A DNA stretch of 64,000 nucleotides from Escherichia phage FL31. The DNA lies in sequence record PP400782. One strand, given 5' to 3'. The translations under genes and the position numbers were made by a program. Positions 1 to 8,924 of this stretch are shown here, in pieces; positions within the stretch are counted from its first letter, which is position 1; every line of letters begins with the position of its first letter. The notes under the pieces are model-generated. The model was not told the DNA's origin and made no database searches. It saw nothing but the letters and a program-made list of their open reading frames with translations.

Positions 1-1710
1 AAGTGCACCATAAAGTGAGTTGATGAGCAATTTACGGTTAATCTGTGCAGTCATACCTGCAACTTCAGTACGTTGAGCTCTAAACAACATTTCATTAAGA
101 GATTTAGCAGACAACTTTTTAATCTTTTCTTTAATCTCATCGCTGAAGTCGAAACGATAATCAACATCTAATGGTTCGTCAACAGAAAGATTAGGATTAT
201 GCAATGCCTCTTTAATTATTTCACCATTACGTTGAGCTGCAAGCATGTAACCTTTATGTTCTTTACGTTGATTAAAGACCTTAGTGATTTCAGTTGGAAC
301 TACACCATCACGGTCTTTATAATACATCATGCCGTTAGGAGAGCAACTGTACACATCTGAAGGACGTTCAGCGATTGCGTTAATATAATCATGCAATGGA
401 GCTACTTTAAACGTTCCTGCTATTGTTTCCGGGCTAATATTCACTTGGCGAATAATACTTGGATACAGAGATGTAAGGTCGAAACTCATTACATATTTGT
501 ATCGATTTGGAATAGGTTCCTTAACAAAAGCGCCAGGATAAGGTTGAACCGGGTGAGAACGACCTTGTGGAATCACCTTGTTTTGTTCTTTAAGGCTATT
601 AAAAATAATAGCATCCCAAGTTTTAATTGGACTGAACACAGATTGAATCTGAATTTTAGCATAATAACCCATGTCCAAGCTCAAGTTGATGAACTGACGC
701 TTAGAATCAATTTGCAATACACGATACACGTCGATAATGTTATAAGAAATATATCGTTGGTGATTGCTTTCACGAAGCTTAGAAATAGGGCCGTCATATT
801 TCAGTTTACCAACGTTCAATTCAAATTCTGAAATGTAATCCAGAGAATACGACGGTTGATTAGTAAAAGAGAATTTTTTGTAAAGGTCAATGTAATCAAG
901 AACAGAGATACCGAACAATGTAATGATTTCACGAGAACCATACATGTTTTCGATAACTTTAACACGAGTTTTACGATGTGGTGATAAACGTTTCGCAGTA
1001 GATTCACCAAAAATATTCTTGATTCGGTTATACACATATGGAATATCAAATGACTCAACGTTCCATCCAGTCAAAATGACAGGAGTTTTCTGTTGCCAGA
1101 AGTTGAGATATTCCATCAACAATTCTTTTTCGTTATCGAACGGCATATAAATGATTTTATCGATAATTTCAGATGGAACTTCATCACCGCCTTGTTCTTG
1201 AAGCTTAGCAGCGATTTCAATAGACCATTCTTCTACATTACCATATGGAGAATTCAATAGATCAAATACGTAGAACCTGTCGTCAATTGAGTCATAATGG
1301 GTGATAGCATCAATCGGATGTTTTGCTTGTGATGGCTCAGGGAACCCATCCGGAGATGTTACTTCGATGTCGAAGTTAGCCACACGAATTTTTGTATGGT
1401 CGTATTTGATTTCATAGTTATAAGTGTCAGACAAATACGCCAATTTGAAATCGTCCATGCCAAGTGCTTCAAGTCCGATATCTTCCATGCGTTTAATCCA
1501 TTGGGAGGCATCACGCATATTAGCGAACAGCTTACGAGTACACGGCTTACCGTAGATATCGAAATATTTCGTAGCCTGACTTTCTGGACAATGAGCAAAC
1601 AGTGATGGTTTATATTCTACTTCACGAGTACGTTCACGGCCATTAGAATCGATGTAACGTTCAAAAATTGAATCACCAATCTGTTCAACCGTTAAGTAAA
1701 ATTCTTTCAT
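1..1710 (-). CDS. 43: DNA polymerase gp43, N-terminal ~570 codons; ORF runs off the window at position 1
   Basis: ATG at 1710-1708; translation begins MKEFYLTVEQIGDSIFERYID... matching the recalled T4 gp43 N-terminus, with exonuclease-domain motifs (FDIEV) downstream. Confidence 0.95.
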   Translation of the reverse strand, partial: MKEFYLTVEQIGDSIFERYIDSNGRERTREVEYKPSLFAHCPESQATKYFDIYGKPCTRKLFANMRDASQWIKRMEDIGLEALGMDDFKLAYLSDTYNYEIKYDHTKIRVANFDIEVTSPDGFPEPSQAKHPIDAITHYDSIDDRFYVFDLLNSPYGNVEEWSIEIAAKLQEQGGDEVPSEIIDKIIYMPFDNEKELLMEYLNFWQQKTPVILTGWNVESFDIPYVYNRIKNIFGESTAKRLSPHRKTRVKVIENMYGSREIITLFGISVLDYIDLYKKFSFTNQPSYSLDYISEFELNVGKLKYDGPISKLRESNHQRYISYNIIDVYRVLQIDSKRQFINLSLDMGYYAKIQIQSVFSPIKTWDAIIFNSLKEQNKVIPQGRSHPVQPYPGAFVKEPIPNRYKYVMSFDLTSLYPSIIRQVNISPETIAGTFKVAPLHDYINAIAERPSDVYSCSPNGMMYYKDRDGVVPTEITKVFNQRKEHKGYMLAAQRNGEIIKEALHNPNLSVDEPLDVDYRFDFSDEIKEKIKKLSAKSLNEMLFRAQRTEVAGMTAQINRKLLINSLYGAL

Positions 1711-1768
1711 TTAATTTCCTTTAGACGAGTTATTGTCTTTTGTTTGTTGATGAACTTATTATACTCCA

Positions 1769-1788
1769 AATGGGACCGAAGTCCCATT
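1769..1788 (-). promoter_or_regulatory. RNA hairpin with UUCG tetraloop in the regA-43 intercistronic region; candidate gene 43 translational operator
   Basis: Plus strand aatgggaccgaagtcccatt; on the mRNA strand AAUGGGAC-UUCG-GUCCCAUU, about 60 nt upstream of the gene 43 ATG. Confidence 0.4.
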
Positions 1789-1791
1789 GCT

Positions 1792-2160
1792 TTAATTACC
1801 AATTGTATATTTTGCTTTCAAAGTCCAGTCATCTTTCTGTTTAAAAGAGATAACACGGAAGTTATTAGTCAGGCCAAACAGATCTTCACGAGCAGAGTCT
1901 TCAATAACAATCAATCCCCAGTCTTCAAGCAACTGAGCAATCGAATCACGTCGCTGATAGTCTTCACCATCAATATCAACCTGACGTCCGTCCATACGCA
2001 GCATTTCTTTAAAGTGGACGATGTAATATTTACCTTGCTTTTGGAGGATATGACAGGACTGATAAAGAACTTTATCCTTGTTATTAGCGATGCCCATACG
2101 GGTCAGAGTCTCTTTGACTTTCAGAAAATCTTCGGGGTTCTTCAATTTAATTTCAATCAT
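1792..2160 (-). CDS. regA: Translational repressor RegA
   Basis: 122 aa from ATG at 2160 (MIEIKLKNPEDFLKVKETLTRMGIANNKDKVLYQSCHILQK...), matches recalled T4 RegA; located between 62 and 43. Confidence 0.9.
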   Translation of the reverse strand: MIEIKLKNPEDFLKVKETLTRMGIANNKDKVLYQSCHILQKQGKYYIVHFKEMLRMDGRQVDIDGEDYQRRDSIAQLLEDWGLIVIEDSAREDLFGLTNNFRVISFKQKDDWTLKAKYTIGN

Positions 2161-2162
2161 TT

Positions 2163-2726
2163 TTACCATTCCAATGCTAATTTTTTAAATTGTTTTTGTT
2201 CTTTCACATTTTTTGTAACTTCTTTGAGAAACTCATCAGTGACCATGGCCTTCAGTTCTTTAAGGACTATTGGCAACTTGTTATTTTTTTCAAGGAGCCG
2301 CTTATACTCGGTAGCATCATTCACGTTGATTGTGTAATGTTTCATCAACAGTTTGATAACTAGTAACTCTGAAGTGTCTTCGACTAGTTTAGCCCATTTA
2401 GAGAATCGACGACCACGTGGAATTGCCGCCATCATATAGTTGAAGTGCGCTTCATCACTTAATTCAGAACCGACTAAGTTCATCATGTAAACGGCTGGCA
2501 TACATTCTGGGAACTGGGATAATGAGTTCTCAACCATAAATTTTGAGTAGTCGACCTGAGCAATTGACATAGATTTCTTTTCATTAATAGCATTAATGAT
2601 TTTAAAGAATTCGTTCTCAGGTTTTTCTTTAAACATGTCAGCACATTTTTGAATTGCATCAGCGTCATTAGACTTCCATGCAATTTGGTGCTCGTTAAGC
2701 CGGACGTCATCATCGAATAAGTTCAT
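2163..2726 (-). CDS. 62: Clamp loader small subunit gp62
   Basis: 187 aa, [21 protein letters not shown]...[13 protein letters not shown]; recalled T4 gp62 similarity and 44-62-regA synteny. Confidence 0.9.
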   Translation of the reverse strand: MNLFDDDVRLNEHQIAWKSNDADAIQKCADMFKEKPENEFFKIINAINEKKSMSIAQVDYSKFMVENSLSQFPECMPAVYMMNLVGSELSDEAHFNYMMAAIPRGRRFSKWAKLVEDTSELLVIKLLMKHYTINVNDATEYKRLLEKNNKLPIVLKELKAMVTDEFLKEVTKNVKEQKQFKKLALEW

Positions 2727-2727
2727 A

Positions 2728-3690
2728 TTATTTCCAAGTCAGTTCGCAGGTCAGTTGAAGAAGCATATACATAACATGTAATTCAATATTACTTGCTAAT
2801 CCATGAAACTTATTGTTTTCGCCTGCAATTTCATAAAGCGAAATAATACTTTTACCAGGTGCAACTTGGTCATAACATTCTGAAACTAATTTATCGATGA
2901 ACCATGAATAATCTGCGGCGTATTTTGGAGCTAATGCACGAAGCTGTTTGATATCTTTGTTCTTCATTGCTTCGATAACATCAGAGACTGTGCCACGGTC
3001 ATTAGTTACGATAGACAAAATACCCGCATCAAGAACACCTTTAGCCGAGTACTGGTCTAATTGACCAATTGTACGACGAAAGTCCGGGAAGTTCTTTTTA
3101 ACCAGAGCTGCAACAACTTTCATATCAGCGATTTCGATATTTTCGTTCTTACAGATTTCAACCATACGATGAATCATTTTCTTCATCATTGAGATTTTAT
3201 CTTCTTCGGTTGGACGTCCGAATTCGATAACTCGACAACGACTACGTAACGGTTCGATAATTCCATCGATGTTGTTGGCAGTAATAATAATAGAACAGTT
3301 ACTAGAGAATTCTTCCATGAATGTACGAAGGTGACGTTGTGATTCAGCGAGGCCACTACGGTCAAATTCATCAATAACAATAACTTTAGGCTTGCCTTCC
3401 ATTGAGACTGAACGAGCGAATGCAGTTAATGGACCACGCACAAAATCAATCTTACAATCAGAACCGTTGACGAACATCATTTCGGCGTTGATGTCATTAC
3501 ATAATGCTTTTGCTACGGTTGTTTTACCTGTACCAGGAGAAGGAGAGTGCAAAATAATATGAGGAAGTTTTCCTTTAGATACTAAAGACTTGAATGTTTC
3601 ATGGTCATACGCAGGCAGAATACATTCGTCAATGGAAGAAGGACGATATTTCTGTTCTAGAATGTGTTCTTTGGAATTGATAGTAATCAT
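2728..3690 (-). CDS. 44: Clamp loader large subunit gp44 (AAA+ ATPase)
   Basis: 320 aa; Walker [11 protein letters not shown], Walker [12 protein letters not shown] motif ([10 protein letters not shown]); T4 gp44-like. Confidence 0.95.
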   Translation of the reverse strand: MITINSKEHILEQKYRPSSIDECILPAYDHETFKSLVSKGKLPHIILHSPSPGTGKTTVAKALCNDINAEMMFVNGSDCKIDFVRGPLTAFARSVSMEGKPKVIVIDEFDRSGLAESQRHLRTFMEEFSSNCSIIITANNIDGIIEPLRSRCRVIEFGRPTEEDKISMMKKMIHRMVEICKNENIEIADMKVVAALVKKNFPDFRRTIGQLDQYSAKGVLDAGILSIVTNDRGTVSDVIEAMKNKDIKQLRALAPKYAADYSWFIDKLVSECYDQVAPGKSIISLYEIAGENNKFHGLASNIELHVMYMLLQLTCELTWK

Positions 3691-3716
3691 GTAATTTTCC
3701 TCATTATCATTAAACT

Positions 3717-3732
3717 GGAGGATTTCTCCTCC
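3717..3732 (-). promoter_or_regulatory. Intercistronic hairpin between genes 45 and 44
   Basis: ggaggatttctcctcc; on mRNA GGAGGA-GAAA-UCCUCC (GNRA-type loop). Confidence 0.4.
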
Positions 3733-3765
3733 ATAATCGTATCACAATAAACGTAAAGCTTTGAC

Positions 3766-4452
3766 TTAGAAGTCGTGAGTAGAATCGGCTTCCATCGCAA
3801 TAACATAACTTACTTGAGAGCTTTCAAACTTAGCTGCAACTTTATCACCAGCTCCCCACAACATTACTTTATAGTTACCTGGCTGGATTTTCATATTAGC
3901 CATATTGATTACGAAGTTAAAGTTATTAGAACCGTCATAATCAGTAAGAGTCAAAGAATACTTAGGACGAGTTAGTCCGGAATCTTCAACTTTATTATAG
4001 CCATTGATAACAATTTTACCATCTTTATTTGTAATAGCAATTGTATCAATCTGAAGTCCACGTGAAACTCGAAGCAATTGTTGAAGGTCTTCAGCTTTAA
4101 TTTCAGTAATCACAGAAGCCACTGGGAATTGAATTGGCTTATTAGGAAAAACAATGGTGCTCTTGTCGGCAGCAGGCCAATAAACTGTGGAACGTGTATC
4201 TGCAATTTTAATATTGCCATCAGTATGCATTGAAATTTCGGCATCATCAGACACTAGACTCAAAATGCTTAAGAAGCTATTCAAATCATAAAGTGCTACG
4301 TCAAAATCAATTTCATCAGAGATATTTGCTTCCGCATAAGTGGTGCCATTAACTGCACGAGTCATAATAAATTTACCTTGGCTCAGCAGAATGCCAGAGT
4401 TAATAGAAGCGAAGTTTTTCAGAATATTTACGGTTTCACGGCTAAGTTTCAT
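3766..4452 (-). CDS. 45: Sliding clamp gp45
   Basis: 228 aa; MKLSRETVNILKNFASINSGI...ADSTHDF matches recalled T4 gp45. Confidence 0.95.
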   Translation of the reverse strand: MKLSRETVNILKNFASINSGILLSQGKFIMTRAVNGTTYAEANISDEIDFDVALYDLNSFLSILSLVSDDAEISMHTDGNIKIADTRSTVYWPAADKSTIVFPNKPIQFPVASVITEIKAEDLQQLLRVSRGLQIDTIAITNKDGKIVINGYNKVEDSGLTRPKYSLTLTDYDGSNNFNFVINMANMKIQPGNYKVMLWGAGDKVAAKFESSQVSYVIAMEADSTHDF

Positions 4453-5339
4453 TTAGGTTTCCTATTAGCATAATAATTTGTCCAAGACCGGATAGCACCT
4501 TGGTATGATTCATCATTAAAACCATGCTGAATTGCATGTTTTCTAAATGTAATATAACTTGGTTTTCCTAAAGCAATCCACAATTCCTTTAATTTTTGTT
4601 CATGAAATATCCATGTACCTCTAGCTTTAGATTTTCTGAATTTATCCTTAAATTCTTTGGTTGCATTTCTTTTCGAAGCTGCGATAGAGGCCTTTGCTCT
4701 ATTTTCAGGTTTAGACCAATACAATGTTTTAGATATTTTTATTTTATCTTTAACATTAGGAGAATTCATTATATCTTTAAATTTTAAAGCAAAATCTCTA
4801 TCGTTAAACATTTTTTTAGAACGAATAGAAACTTTCTCTCTTCGTTCTTTGGTCCAATATGTTTTTTGAAATTCTCTAATTGCGTTTAAATGATTCTCCG
4901 ACAATTTGCAATTTTTTCTAACACCGACGTAATCTTCGTTTATTTCGTTTTTAGAAAGTTTTACTATTTTGCCTGTTTTTAAATTTTTATACGGTGCATA
5001 TCCTTTAGCTGATATTCTAGACTTCTCGTTAGCATAAGCCTTATTAAAATATTTTTCATTTGAAACGGCTTTAACATTGAGTTGGAATAGTCTTTCTATT
5101 CTTCTAGGGTCTAATGTGGTTTCGCCTAAAATTTTTACAGAATATTCGCCTTGGTCTATTAATCTGTTATATAAAGGAGAATACGAGGAATTAACACTAC
5201 CGGTATATATTTTACCGGTAGAATCTTCAATAATATCCTTTCCATTAAAATGACACGAAACTTTAGAACCTATATAATAACACGGGTATTCATTTTTAAT
5301 CTCACGATTATAAAAGGTTATAAGATATATTAAATTCAT
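4449..5339 (-). CDS. Putative free-standing GIY-YIG-type homing endonuclease (seg-like) with lysine-rich NUMOD-like C-terminal region
   Basis: N-terminus NLIYLITFYN...YYIGSKVS resembles the GIY...YIG module (spacing longer than canonical); C-terminal SKPENRAKASIAASKRNATKEF repeats; AT-rich relative to flanking genes; ATG at 5339 (track start 5348 is TTG). Confidence 0.45.
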   Translation of the reverse strand: MNLIYLITFYNREIKNEYPCYYIGSKVSCHFNGKDIIEDSTGKIYTGSVNSSYSPLYNRLIDQGEYSVKILGETTLDPRRIERLFQLNVKAVSNEKYFNKAYANEKSRISAKGYAPYKNLKTGKIVKLSKNEINEDYVGVRKNCKLSENHLNAIREFQKTYWTKERREKVSIRSKKMFNDRDFALKFKDIMNSPNVKDKIKISKTLYWSKPENRAKASIAASKRNATKEFKDKFRKSKARGTWIFHEQKLKELWIALGKPSYITFRKHAIQHGFNDESYQGAIRSWTNYYANRKPK

Positions 5340-5344
5340 AATTA

Positions 5345-5761
5345 TCAAGCAGCAACCATCTGCTTTTTAATAGCTTCAGGCAGTGATTCAATATATTCTG
5401 GAATTTTAGAAGCAACAATTTCGCCAGCTGCAATTAGTTGTTCGTCGGCATCAACGCAGTAGAAATCTTCCAGACGTTCAGAACCGTCTTTATCAAGAAC
5501 GATTTTAGCACCTGCTTCGATAGAATCTTTATAGTGCTTACGCATCAAATGAATCCACATATCAGACACATCGTTATCAATAAAGCCATAAATCATGAAA
5601 CGAGTTTCTTGTGGAAGAGATTGAAGCTTTTTAGCACTTGCGTCATCACAATGCAGGACCCATGCTTTACGAACACGATTATGGTTATGTGGGTTAGCGT
5701 CAGTACGGATAGAAGTAACTTTCAGATCAGCAGCAGTGAAACCTTTAGCAGTAGTAAACAT
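5345..5761 (-). CDS. Hypothetical early protein at the position of T4 rpbA
   Basis: 138 aa ORF between gene 45 region and 45.2-like ORF; assignment by synteny only. Confidence 0.45.
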   Translation of the reverse strand: MFTTAKGFTAADLKVTSIRTDANPHNHNRVRKAWVLHCDDASAKKLQSLPQETRFMIYGFIDNDVSDMWIHLMRKHYKDSIEAGAKIVLDKDGSERLEDFYCVDADEQLIAAGEIVASKIPEYIESLPEAIKKQMVAA

Positions 5762-5773
5762 ATTATTTCTCTC

Positions 5774-5965
5774 TTATTCGTAGAAGTCGGTAACTGTCCA
5801 TGCGGAATTGCGATTAGACATTATTTTATTATACTCATCTTTAAAAGCAGATTTGAGCATTTGTTCAGTAACAATATGTTCTTCACCTGAAAACGTATTG
5901 GTCAAAACATATTTTTTAATTTCAGGGACAACAAGAAGATGTTGTCCGGTTGAATACTCCGCCAT
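5774..5965 (-). CDS. Small hypothetical protein (position of T4 45.2)
   Basis: 63 aa ORF, same orientation, upstream of rpbA-position gene. Confidence 0.45.
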   Translation of the reverse strand: MAEYSTGQHLLVVPEIKKYVLTNTFSGEEHIVTEQMLKSAFKDEYNKIMSNRNSAWTVTDFYE

Positions 5966-5989
5966 TATAAATCTCCTTGATTAAAGCAA

Positions 5990-5997
5990 TATAAATA
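5990..5997 (+). promoter_or_regulatory. T4 late-promoter-like TATAAATA box upstream of the HNH endonuclease gene
   Basis: Exact TATAAATA on the plus strand 46 nt upstream of the ATG at 6043. Confidence 0.5.
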
Positions 5998-6042
5998 GGT
6001 TTATCAATTTATCTGTTGCTGTATCAAATAAGGATTTAGTAA

Positions 6043-6759
6043 ATGAATTATAACTCAATATACGAAAAGCTTATTACCAATGCTAAATCAAGAAGTTTAG
6101 ATGGTTATACAGAACGTCATCACATTATACCACAATGTTTAGGTGGAAGTGATGATGCTTTAAACTTAGTAGATTTAACACCAGAAGAACATTATTTGGC
6201 ACATCAACTGCTAGTAAAAATCCATCCAGATAATGCCTCTTTAATATATGCTGCTCGTATGATGACTATCTCATCTCCTAAAGCAGATAGAAGCAAAAAC
6301 AAATTATTTGGATGGCTTCGACGTAAGAATCAAGAAGTTCAAAAGAACAAAGAATTCACTGCTGAAACTCGTAAGAAAATGTCCGAGTCGGCAAAAAATA
6401 AACCAAAGATTACATGTCCACACTGCGGTTTAACCGGCACTGAAGGAAACATGAGACGTTGGCATTTTGATAACTGTAAACAAGGCCCTACGCCTAAAAT
6501 AGTAAAACTTGATCAAGAAACAAAGGATAAAATAATTAAAACCATGGCCACGAAAATTTGGAAAGAAGATTCTTGCCCGTTTTGTGGCTTAACTACTAAG
6601 TTATCGGCGTTAAAGCCGCATATAAAATTCTGTAAATCAAATCCTAACAGAAAGAAAAAAGAGGACAAGAAAATTAAATGTCCTCATTGCGATAAAATAG
6701 GGATCCCTGCTAATATGCATCGTTGGCATTTTGATAACTGTAAACATAAGCCTCATTAA
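6043..6759 (+). CDS. HNH homing endonuclease with NUMOD-like motif and three C-terminal CxxC zinc-ribbon repeats; only plus-strand gene in the early region
   Basis: ERHHIIPQCLGGSDDALNLVDLTPEEHYLAH (HNH core); EFTAETRKKMSESAKNK (NUMOD3-like); repeats CPHCGLTGTEGNMRRWHFDNCK / CPFCGL...KFCK / CPHCDKIGIPANMHRWHFDNCK; AGGA RBS before ATG. Confidence 0.8.
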   Translation: MNYNSIYEKLITNAKSRSLDGYTERHHIIPQCLGGSDDALNLVDLTPEEHYLAHQLLVKIHPDNASLIYAARMMTISSPKADRSKNKLFGWLRRKNQEVQKNKEFTAETRKKMSESAKNKPKITCPHCGLTGTEGNMRRWHFDNCKQGPTPKIVKLDQETKDKIIKTMATKIWKEDSCPFCGLTTKLSALKPHIKFCKSNPNRKKKEDKKIKCPHCDKIGIPANMHRWHFDNCKHKPH

Positions 6760-8444
6760 GAGGCTTTCATTACAGTAAATCGTCCAACTTTGCTCATTTG
6801 AAGATGTTGTCCATAAGCTTGTGGGTCATGGTCTCTGTGACTAATTATAAACACGTTTGCATCGGTTAGAGAGTTAAGAATTGTTGAAATAGCTTTAATA
6901 CCTTCAGAATCAGTCGCGGAATCCATGACTTCGTCCATAATTAATGTATTGATTCTAACACCAGAGACCTTTTCAGCAATATCTCGCCATGTAAACAACA
7001 ATGCGATATCGATACGTGCCTTTTCACCTTGACTAAATGAAGCATAACTGAACTCTTCACGGCCACGTGATTTTATAGATTCATTGAATTCTTCGTCAAT
7101 AGAAAACACGTAATCAGCTTCCATGATTTTAAGATAATGGTTAATCTGCTTGTTGAACAGAGGCACATATTTTTTAATGATAGCACCTTTAATACCAGAA
7201 TCTTTTAACATATCTGTGATAATACCACGATGGTATTTTTCAAGAACGATATCCGATTTTGTTTTAATGATTTTATCAAGTTCTTTTTGAAGCAAAGCTA
7301 TCTCATCGGCATGGTCGATAAATTCTGCTGAGGCTTGCTCTATTGCAGCTTTAACTTTCTTAGCTTTATCAATAGTGGCAATCATTGCTTGTTTCTTGGT
7401 ACGAATATCAGATGCAAGGTCCTGCTTAGTCTTAACATTAGCTCTATATTCATCAACTAGGACACTCAGATTATCTCTGTGACAGGTAAGTTGCTCGAAT
7501 GAGTGATTACATTCATGAAGCTTATCGGTAATCTTAGAGACAATAGGGTCACCCTGGTGCAATTGTGATGCACAAGTAGGACATGTGCCACCGTCATGAT
7601 ACATCTTAATAACTTTGTTATATGAGTCGATTTTAGATTTAATCAAGAATGCTTCTTGTCCTATCTTGTTGAATGCCTCAGTAGGGTCTTCATCAAGAAC
7701 GATATTAAGTAGTCGCTCATTAGCTTCTTCGATTTCTGCCTTTAATGAACGAGCTTCTTTGGCTAGGTCGTCATACATATTCTGTAGACGCGCTACATTA
7801 TCACCAGATAATTTCTTTTGACGTTCGATATTCTCGTTATAAATCTTAATTTGTTGGATAATACCATCTTTCTTGGCATCGAGAACTTGTCCCTGGGAAT
7901 TAAGTTCTCGAACTTGAGACTTATTGATTTTATCCATTTCAGCGAGTGTGCCGACTTCTAAAAGGTCTTCGACAAGTTTTCTACGAGCAGGGGTGCTAAG
8001 AGCCATGAAAGGGGTATACCCTGCCGTCCCAAGCACAACGATTTGTTTAAAAGACGCGTATGACATTCCGATGCTACGTTCAAATTCTTCTTGGAAGTCA
8101 CGACTGCTGGCAGATTCATCGAGACGAACACCGTCAACGGAGATTTCGAAAATATTGGGCTTTTGGCCACGTTTAATGAAGTATTTTTTATCATCGAATT
8201 CCATCCAAAGCTCAACTAAGAGCTCTTTCTTGTTCGTGCTATTAATGATTTGTCCTTTCTTAACATCACGAAATGGTTTACCGAAAAGTCCGAAAGTAAT
8301 GGCTTCTAACATCGTAGATTTACCACCGCCATTTTTACCGGTGATTAAGGTCTTTTGGACTTTATCTAATTGGATATCGATAGGATTCCCACCTACCGAC
8401 ATGATGTTTTGATAACGAACACGATTTAATTTAAATGATTTCAT
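6756..8444 (-). CDS. 46: Recombination endonuclease subunit gp46 (Rad50/SbcC-like ATPase)
   Basis: 562 aa; Walker A GKNGGGKST, coiled-coil middle, CPTC zinc hook, Walker B LIMDEV; T4 gp46-like. Confidence 0.95.
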   Translation of the reverse strand: MKSFKLNRVRYQNIMSVGGNPIDIQLDKVQKTLITGKNGGGKSTMLEAITFGLFGKPFRDVKKGQIINSTNKKELLVELWMEFDDKKYFIKRGQKPNIFEISVDGVRLDESASSRDFQEEFERSIGMSYASFKQIVVLGTAGYTPFMALSTPARRKLVEDLLEVGTLAEMDKINKSQVRELNSQGQVLDAKKDGIIQQIKIYNENIERQKKLSGDNVARLQNMYDDLAKEARSLKAEIEEANERLLNIVLDEDPTEAFNKIGQEAFLIKSKIDSYNKVIKMYHDGGTCPTCASQLHQGDPIVSKITDKLHECNHSFEQLTCHRDNLSVLVDEYRANVKTKQDLASDIRTKKQAMIATIDKAKKVKAAIEQASAEFIDHADEIALLQKELDKIIKTKSDIVLEKYHRGIITDMLKDSGIKGAIIKKYVPLFNKQINHYLKIMEADYVFSIDEEFNESIKSRGREEFSYASFSQGEKARIDIALLFTWRDIAEKVSGVRINTLIMDEVMDSATDSEGIKAISTILNSLTDANVFIISHRDHDPQAYGQHLQMSKVGRFTVMKAS

Positions 8445-8689
8445 ATGTATTCTCTTCGAATGAAGTCCTCTACATATTTTAACATGTCATCTCTATCAGC
8501 AAAATACTCATCTAGTTCTGCATACATAACAACACCTGGTGCGTACTCACAGGTAACATACATTGTTCCAAAGAAACGAGGAGTTGATTCCTCGTAATTC
8601 TCAGTCCATTCAACGATGCCAATATAACCGTCACCAATACTAAATTCATGACGATGGATTTCATAATCAGTCTTCGTCATTATACGCAT
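8441..8689 (-). CDS. Hypothetical protein (46.1 position)
   Basis: Small ORF between 46 and 47; track start is TTG, first ATG at 8689. Confidence 0.45.
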   Translation of the reverse strand: MRIMTKTDYEIHRHEFSIGDGYIGIVEWTENYEESTPRFFGTMYVTCEYAPGVVMYAELDEYFADRDDMLKYVEDFIRREYI

Positions 8690-8924
8690 CCTCAATACAC
8701 GCTTCAGCCATTTTAAGAATAGAACCGGGAGTATCGTTGTCCATTATATTAAAGCTAAATTCAATAGCCCAGTCGGTGCAGACATGAACTGCTTTAACTT
8801 CATTGCCTTCAACGCGTAATGGCTCAATCCAATACTTGATAGTGTTCTCGAATCCATCATCATCTTTAACGTCTATTTCAACTTCAAGCCCGAGCCCAGC
8901 ATTGTTAAATTCATCTAAAGTCAT
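8667..8924 (-). CDS. Hypothetical protein (46.2 position)
   Basis: 85 aa ORF with ATG at 8924, overlapping start of downstream ORF. Confidence 0.45.
   Translation of the reverse strand: MTLDEFNNAGLGLEVEIDVKDDDGFENTIKYWIEPLRVEGNEVKAVHVCTDWAIEFSFNIMDNDTPGSILKMAEACIEDAYNDED

Noticed and set aside
1744-2337. 197-codon plus-strand ORF overlapping regA and gene 62
   Set aside because: Lies antisense to two genes with clear recalled T4 counterparts; no RBS and no recognisable motif. The same applies to other long plus-strand ORFs inside minus-strand genes (for example 7924-8412, 24231-24566, 39707-40225, 40092-40565).
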